Shown here: positions 58,906-64,000 of the stretch, piece after piece
Position numbering within the stretch: the stretch's first letter is position 1
Layout of the letters: every line of letters begins with the position of its first letter
Source of the DNA: Atractiella rhizophila
Taxonomy: Eukaryota
Reading direction: 5' to 3'
Assembly: GCA_021432655.1 (NCBI GenBank)
Contig: MU271332.1
Coordinates: forward strand, 20,944-84,943
Length of the DNA: 64,000 nucleotides
Program-made: the position numbers and the translations under genes
The notes under the pieces: model-generated
What the model was told of the DNA's origin: nothing
The model's database searches: none
Seen by the model: only the letters and a program-made list of their open reading frames with translations

Positions 58906-61336
58906 TTAAGAGCTTATCGACATCAAGGCGGCAGTGAAAGTGAGCACGAGTCTGGGGCGAACTTCGACGAGCTAGAAAACAAAGGTCAGTTTCCTGTACC
59001 TGCTATGCAATGCAAGAACAAAACGTACATCCTCCGCGACGACGAAGATCAGAGAGCCACACTTTCGTGCAATGGATATGGCAAGTTTGCCTGCGCAAGC
59101 AGATTATCAGTGAATATTGCATCGTTCACCACAAGGAACCAGACGCACAATTCTGCTTGCATTCTTCGTCGTTCTTTCCAGGATAGACAAGAGAATAATC
59201 CACGTAACCGGGTCGTATGCTATCCAAAAGATCCAAAAAGAACAATCCGGTCTTGAGACTAGGATCCTTGAAGCTTCTCATCGAAGAAGTCTTTCCACCT
59301 CTCTTGACTTGGTCGTTCGCCCACTTGACGATATCGTTATCCGTGATCTCCCTTCCTCCCTTGTTCAAGCTGGCCAACGTAGCAATGATGTTCTTTCTAC
59401 ACAACTGCCAGACCAAGCCAAGCGTGAGCGTACGATTTCCATCTACGATGTCTGCGCCTTGAATACCAATCATCTGCATTCGATTAGCTTTCGCGAGCTC
59501 AACAGCGTAATTCGTGTTTTCGACAGCCTTGAAGCGGGATAGCGGAAGAGGACCTTTTGCGACTCTGCGCCAGGTGACACAGCCAGGAATAACTTTATCG
59601 AACGCTTGAGCGAGGACGATTCCATCCTACTTCCATCATCAACGCATTCTTTTGTTCGAGAAGGCAACCCACTTTGAGATCCTCAAACAAGTTATAAACC
59701 CCCGGATCAACGTCCAAGCTGTTGAGCCAGAGCGTGAAAACTCTAGCCTCCCTCTCGCCCTCAGCGTCGAAATCTTCAATAACCGGTCGCTCGGTCTCTT
59801 CAAGAGGTTCAAGACCAGGCCAGGTGTTGAAGAGATTGGCAACAAAGGCGAGATTGAGCTTGGGATTGCCGGCCACCATCGAGCTCGGAGTGAGGTACTT
59901 GCGACATCCGATACGATCCGCATTTTGAAGGACCAATTCGGCGCGTTGGTGCAAATCGCGTTCTTGAAGAGGACCGCGAGAACACTCCGCAGGCTTCAGC
60001 TGATTCAGGAGAACGGTATAATTTTCGGCATCCGCAACGTCCTTCGAGAAATTGGAAACCCTGACAGTCCCAAATTATTCTCCAATTGCTGCGAAACATG
60101 AGAAAATACTGTACCTTCTAGGCCAGTTGGCAGCCTTCAAGTGATAATTGAACCATCGGAGAAGAATTTGGTCGGGCGGAAGTCGAAGGAATTCATCCAG
60201 TGTCTCCCCATCCTCCAATAACCTATACAACTCCGGATGAAGCTTGATGTCGATCTTGCTCAACAGACCCCTGCGAATGATCTGCCAAATCAACCCAAGG
60301 ATCAAGTGTTCCCTTCCCTCGATAAGGTCCGTCGGACCAATATTGACGACAGAGCAGCCGATGGCTTTCGCGGATTGGATAACAATATTGTTGTTCTCGG
60401 TCATCTGAAAGTTGTTGATCGTCTTAGGCCGTGCGCTGCCAACCGCAGAGCCTGTCCGCCCATGTCCTTTCGAAGACGGTTTATTGAGCACTCGCTCGTC
60501 GATTGTGTCAGGGACAGAGTCGTTGATAAGCTTGGAGAGAACAAGACCATCTAGGCTCAATCAGTCTTGACCGCTAAAACAGCATGAAAGCGACAGCACC
60601 TCGGCATTCGTCAAAGATCTGCATCGTATCTGTTGGGATAGGCAGTCTGCTTCCAATGTCCGCATCACCTGCCAGAACTCCATTGATGTGCCTCGTGAAC
60701 TCAGTTCGCTCGTCTTCGTTTATCGTATGGCTGACATTTGCGCTTGAACCCTTGACGAGCACCTTTCCATGACCGGCAGCTGCAGGAGCACCTGGAGCAA
60801 GACCTCGTGATGGCAATGCCTAATCGCACAAACAATTAACAGGACGCTCCGCATCGTCCAAACCATTCAGCATCCACAAAGTTCCCAAACATATGCGATC
60901 ACACCATACAGCATGCTCCTAGAATTAAAGGCGAAGGGGACTCACCCTTCCAGCATCTGCATTTCTACCTTCCTTAAGTTTTGCTATCAATTGCACATAA
61001 TCCTCAACCTCTAGCAGTCCCGAGCTATCCAGATCAACCTCCTTCAGGGTCTCTCGAACGGCCTAATGCGATAACAATGTCAGCCCAGGTCTCAGGTCTT
61101 CATCTAGCCGACGCACATCATAAGTAGCCATCCCATTGCTCGTGACACCTTGCGTGACGGCTTGCTTTGTTACTCTTCCAGTACCTTCGAGATCTATCGC
61201 GCTGCAGCCAATAATCCCATCAACCAAGGCAACAACGGCTCGGCATGAAAGCAAACGTGAACTGTTGGATGAGCTGATTGAGCTCGTCGGTTGAGAAATC
61301 AGGGTACTTCTTTCTGAGTTTTAACATTTGCGCCAT
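58906..61336 (-). CDS. SAC6: Fimbrin (actin-bundling; EF-hand plus four CH domains)
   Basis: INEDERTEFTRHIN, SKLINDSVPDTIDERVLN, EGREHLILGLIWQIIRRGL, FVANLFNT and EGEREARVFTLWLNSL. Confidence 0.96.
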
Positions 61337-61669
61337 CTTGAGACAACGTTAGCTGAAGATGGAGTGAGAGGTTGGCTGAGTTCAAAGTTGGTTACTTTCT
61401 TGATCAGATCCAGCATTCATACTCTTTCGAGATGCTGCGGGAGAACAAGACCGCTGCATTTCCGGCCATGTCCGCAGTTGTGAGTAATAACACGCAGCAA
61501 GCGAAAACGGAATATTGGAGTGGCGAGTCAGTAGCTCAAACGTGTTGCAAAGGCACCGAGTACCGGGGAACATGTACGCGAGACGTAAATGAGTAGATTC
61601 CAAAGAAACAGAGCCCCAGCACACCACATAATATCCAACTTATAACTTCTATGTGTGGAGGCAAATAAA

Positions 61670-64000
61670 TTAGAGGCCAAGAAGCCTCATGATTGCGTAC
61701 CCAACTGTGATGACCACGAGCGTAGCAAGAACGGAAGCTGGGATACCATTTTTCAGGAAGTCGGTCACTTGGAGGTATCGTTGTCCCAGCTCTGATTCCA
61801 TATTGGAAGCGCTCATGTTGGGAACTTCAAATCAAGTCAACTCTCAATCCATCCTGACGGGCAGAGAATGCTCACATCCTGACACCGGCAGTCCCATTCC
61901 GGCCGAGCAAACAAGCGCAGTAGCCTGCTCATCTTGTTCAGCAAAACATAAACTGCTGCGAGAATACGCACCATGATGAGAAGACGAGGGTGTGGTTGCT
62001 GAAGAGAGCTGCCAATCTCTGCCGCGAGAGGGACGACTAGAACTGCAGCAATGGTATGCGAGATGAAGGTGCCGAGCACCAAGACGATGGCACTAAAAGC
62101 GACCAGAATGGTGAAAATGTCCAATCCTTTGATGGTCCGTTCGACGATCTGATCGAGGTCGTCTAAAAGAAATCATCAGGACGACCAGACCAGCATTATA
62201 GGGGAGGCGTGACCTAGCAACCCAGAGCTTAACACAGCTTTCCCAAGCGCAATGCCTCCCATGGCCAGGAACACTACGCTCCAAGCCAGATTATCCCAAT
62301 CCTGCTTCCTCAACACACCAGTACCATAAAAGGCGACGAGAGGGATAATGGCAATGACGCCCATATCGCCGATGATGTGCTGAATTTGAGATTGGACAAG
62401 CCACAGTGCGATAGTGACAATGGTTATGACAACAGTGAAGATCTGTGTCCAAGTGAACACATCTTTGCTAGCACGAACGGGATTGATGGGTGTCCCGGAC
62501 GCCGAACCAAATGACCATAGGAGGAGAAGCCATATGAGAAGGACGGAAATGAAGGAAACGGGAATGGCAATAGCGAACCATTCACCCCATCCAAGGACAG
62601 GATGCATATATTCGAGGGCGATAAGGTTTTGAGGAGATGAGATGGGTGACGACTGGCCACTATCAATGAAAGTAAGCAGACGTTTTTGATGGCCAAAACG
62701 CTTACCCGACATTGGATGCTAGTGCGATACCCAAGATTAAGCTCTTAGAAAAGGCTGAGGTTGGAGGTAAAGTGCGGAGGATCGGCTAGCAAAACAATCG
62801 GCATTGATCTGGGCGGTGCCTAGAAAGAAACCTACCTGAATGAGAGAATAGCAAAGGACGGGAGCTGCAACGTTGCTTATCCACATAGAGCTGAACGTTG
62901 CTACGAACATGTATGCAAGCAGTACATTATGCGGTTTCGTTCCAGCAAAAGAGAGGACTTTGCGAGCTAGCACCTTGTCAATGTTTTGCTTGGACAGAGC
63001 AGCCGCAATCGTGAACCCTCCAATCCTGCAACAACCATCAGAAACAACAAATCAGGCAAGCAAACGAGGGACGGACAAGAGCATGATGGTCGGAGAGAAC
63101 ATTTGCGAGAATATAAACCTGCACATTCGTCAAGAAGCATCGATAACATTGTCGTTGGAACTTACTTTGTCGCTTCCGTCGCTGTTAGTCGCCTTCTCTC
63201 ATCGTCGGAGCTCCGTAGCACTCTCAGTACAACGACAAGGAAAGGAATGCTGAGAGCCGTCACAAACAGAGGGATGGCTTCCGTCGCCCAGAGAATGGTG
63301 GCGAAGGCGAGGATTGCGGCACAGTTGCGTTCCTCGGCTCTGACAGTCCAACCGCTGTTTAATAGGACGATGAAGACGATGAGCGCAACCGCTAGAGAAA
63401 CCGTCTTCTGGTTTACCCATTGAGGTACCATCCGTCCACCGATTCTCAGACCTTCGACCGTTTCATCCGCTAATGTGGATACCACAGGCTTTTGGTAAGC
63501 TCCTTCATGAGACCATCCTTTCCGCTCCAGTCCGATCATTTCTTTGCGACGATTAGCAGGAAAGGTTTGAAGATATGCAGAATGGCGACTGACCTCTCCA
63601 TATAGTATTCCTCTCCCAAACAACATGCTCCCTCACTTGTACCCTCAACTGTCGCTTAGCCTCATTCTCGTTTCCCCTCGTCACGACCTCTGCGTAACAC
63701 TTCACAACCTTATCTAGCGCATCTTCTAAGCGATTCCTAGAAGCGGGCGAAAAGGGATGAGAGATATCCACAACTCCAGACAGATAGCTGGATCGGAGAC
63801 TGGAGAAGAGAATCTTGTCGTATTTCTTGAGGATTTTACTAAATCCGGTGTGGTTCATAGAGATGTACTGTTGCAGATCATACACTTTCTGCTTCACACT
63901 CAGTGACAGCCATGATAAGGGGAAGATTGCAAAACGAACGGTGTAAGCGTCCCTCAAATATTTCTTAAACATAATCTTGGCATCCATATTCCAGTCCTCG
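61670..64000 (-). CDS. SPX-domain low-affinity phosphate transporter (Pho87/Pho90/Pho91 family), 5' end outside window
   Basis: End of SPX domain (MNHTGFSKILKKYDK, EHVVWERNTIWR), ILWATEAIPLFVT, SMWISNVAAPVL, SPISSPQN, FISHTIAA and GFPNM. Confidence 0.93.

Noticed and set aside
60910..60918. Possible 9-nt microexon (GAGCATGCT) in a fimbrin intron
   Set aside because: The upstream intron would be only about 27 nt, shorter than any other intron seen here.

Overview
This is intron-rich eukaryotic genomic DNA from a basidiomycete fungus, with short GT-AG introns, microexons and compact divergent gene pairs. Pucciniomycotina is plausible but only inferred. About 24 protein-coding genes can be reconstructed by eye. 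They include CWF19L1/Drn1-like, a Cys-rich single-pass surface protein, a PH-domain protein, a Zn2Cys6 transcription factor, a RING protein, Pom33/TMEM33, mitochondrial S14, Ras2, Ups1/PRELI, Med20, an EEF1AKMT4-like methyltransferase, Rex1/Rnh70, two secreted proteins, a peroxisomal 4CL-like acyl-CoA ligase, the P5A-ATPase Spf1, a MYND protein, VAMP7-like, Nem1, fimbrin and a Pho87/90/91 transporter. The most striking structural signal is three head-to-tail near-identical duplications of about 2.2, 0.31 and 4.3 kb. Two of them cut through coding sequence, and each has an 'a' at the junction. They most likely represent two alleles of a dikaryon assembled in tandem. Other notable items are a ~2 kb first intron in ras2 followed by a 10-nt microexon, a 13-bp HMG-box-like repeat array upstream of the surface-protein gene, and an orphan-gene island with apparent C->T decay at 2.1-5.3 kb. 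No rRNA, tRNA, CRISPR array or intact transposon was recognised, and I found no clearly novel multi-gene system. Exon coordinates come from manual reading and may be off by a few nt.
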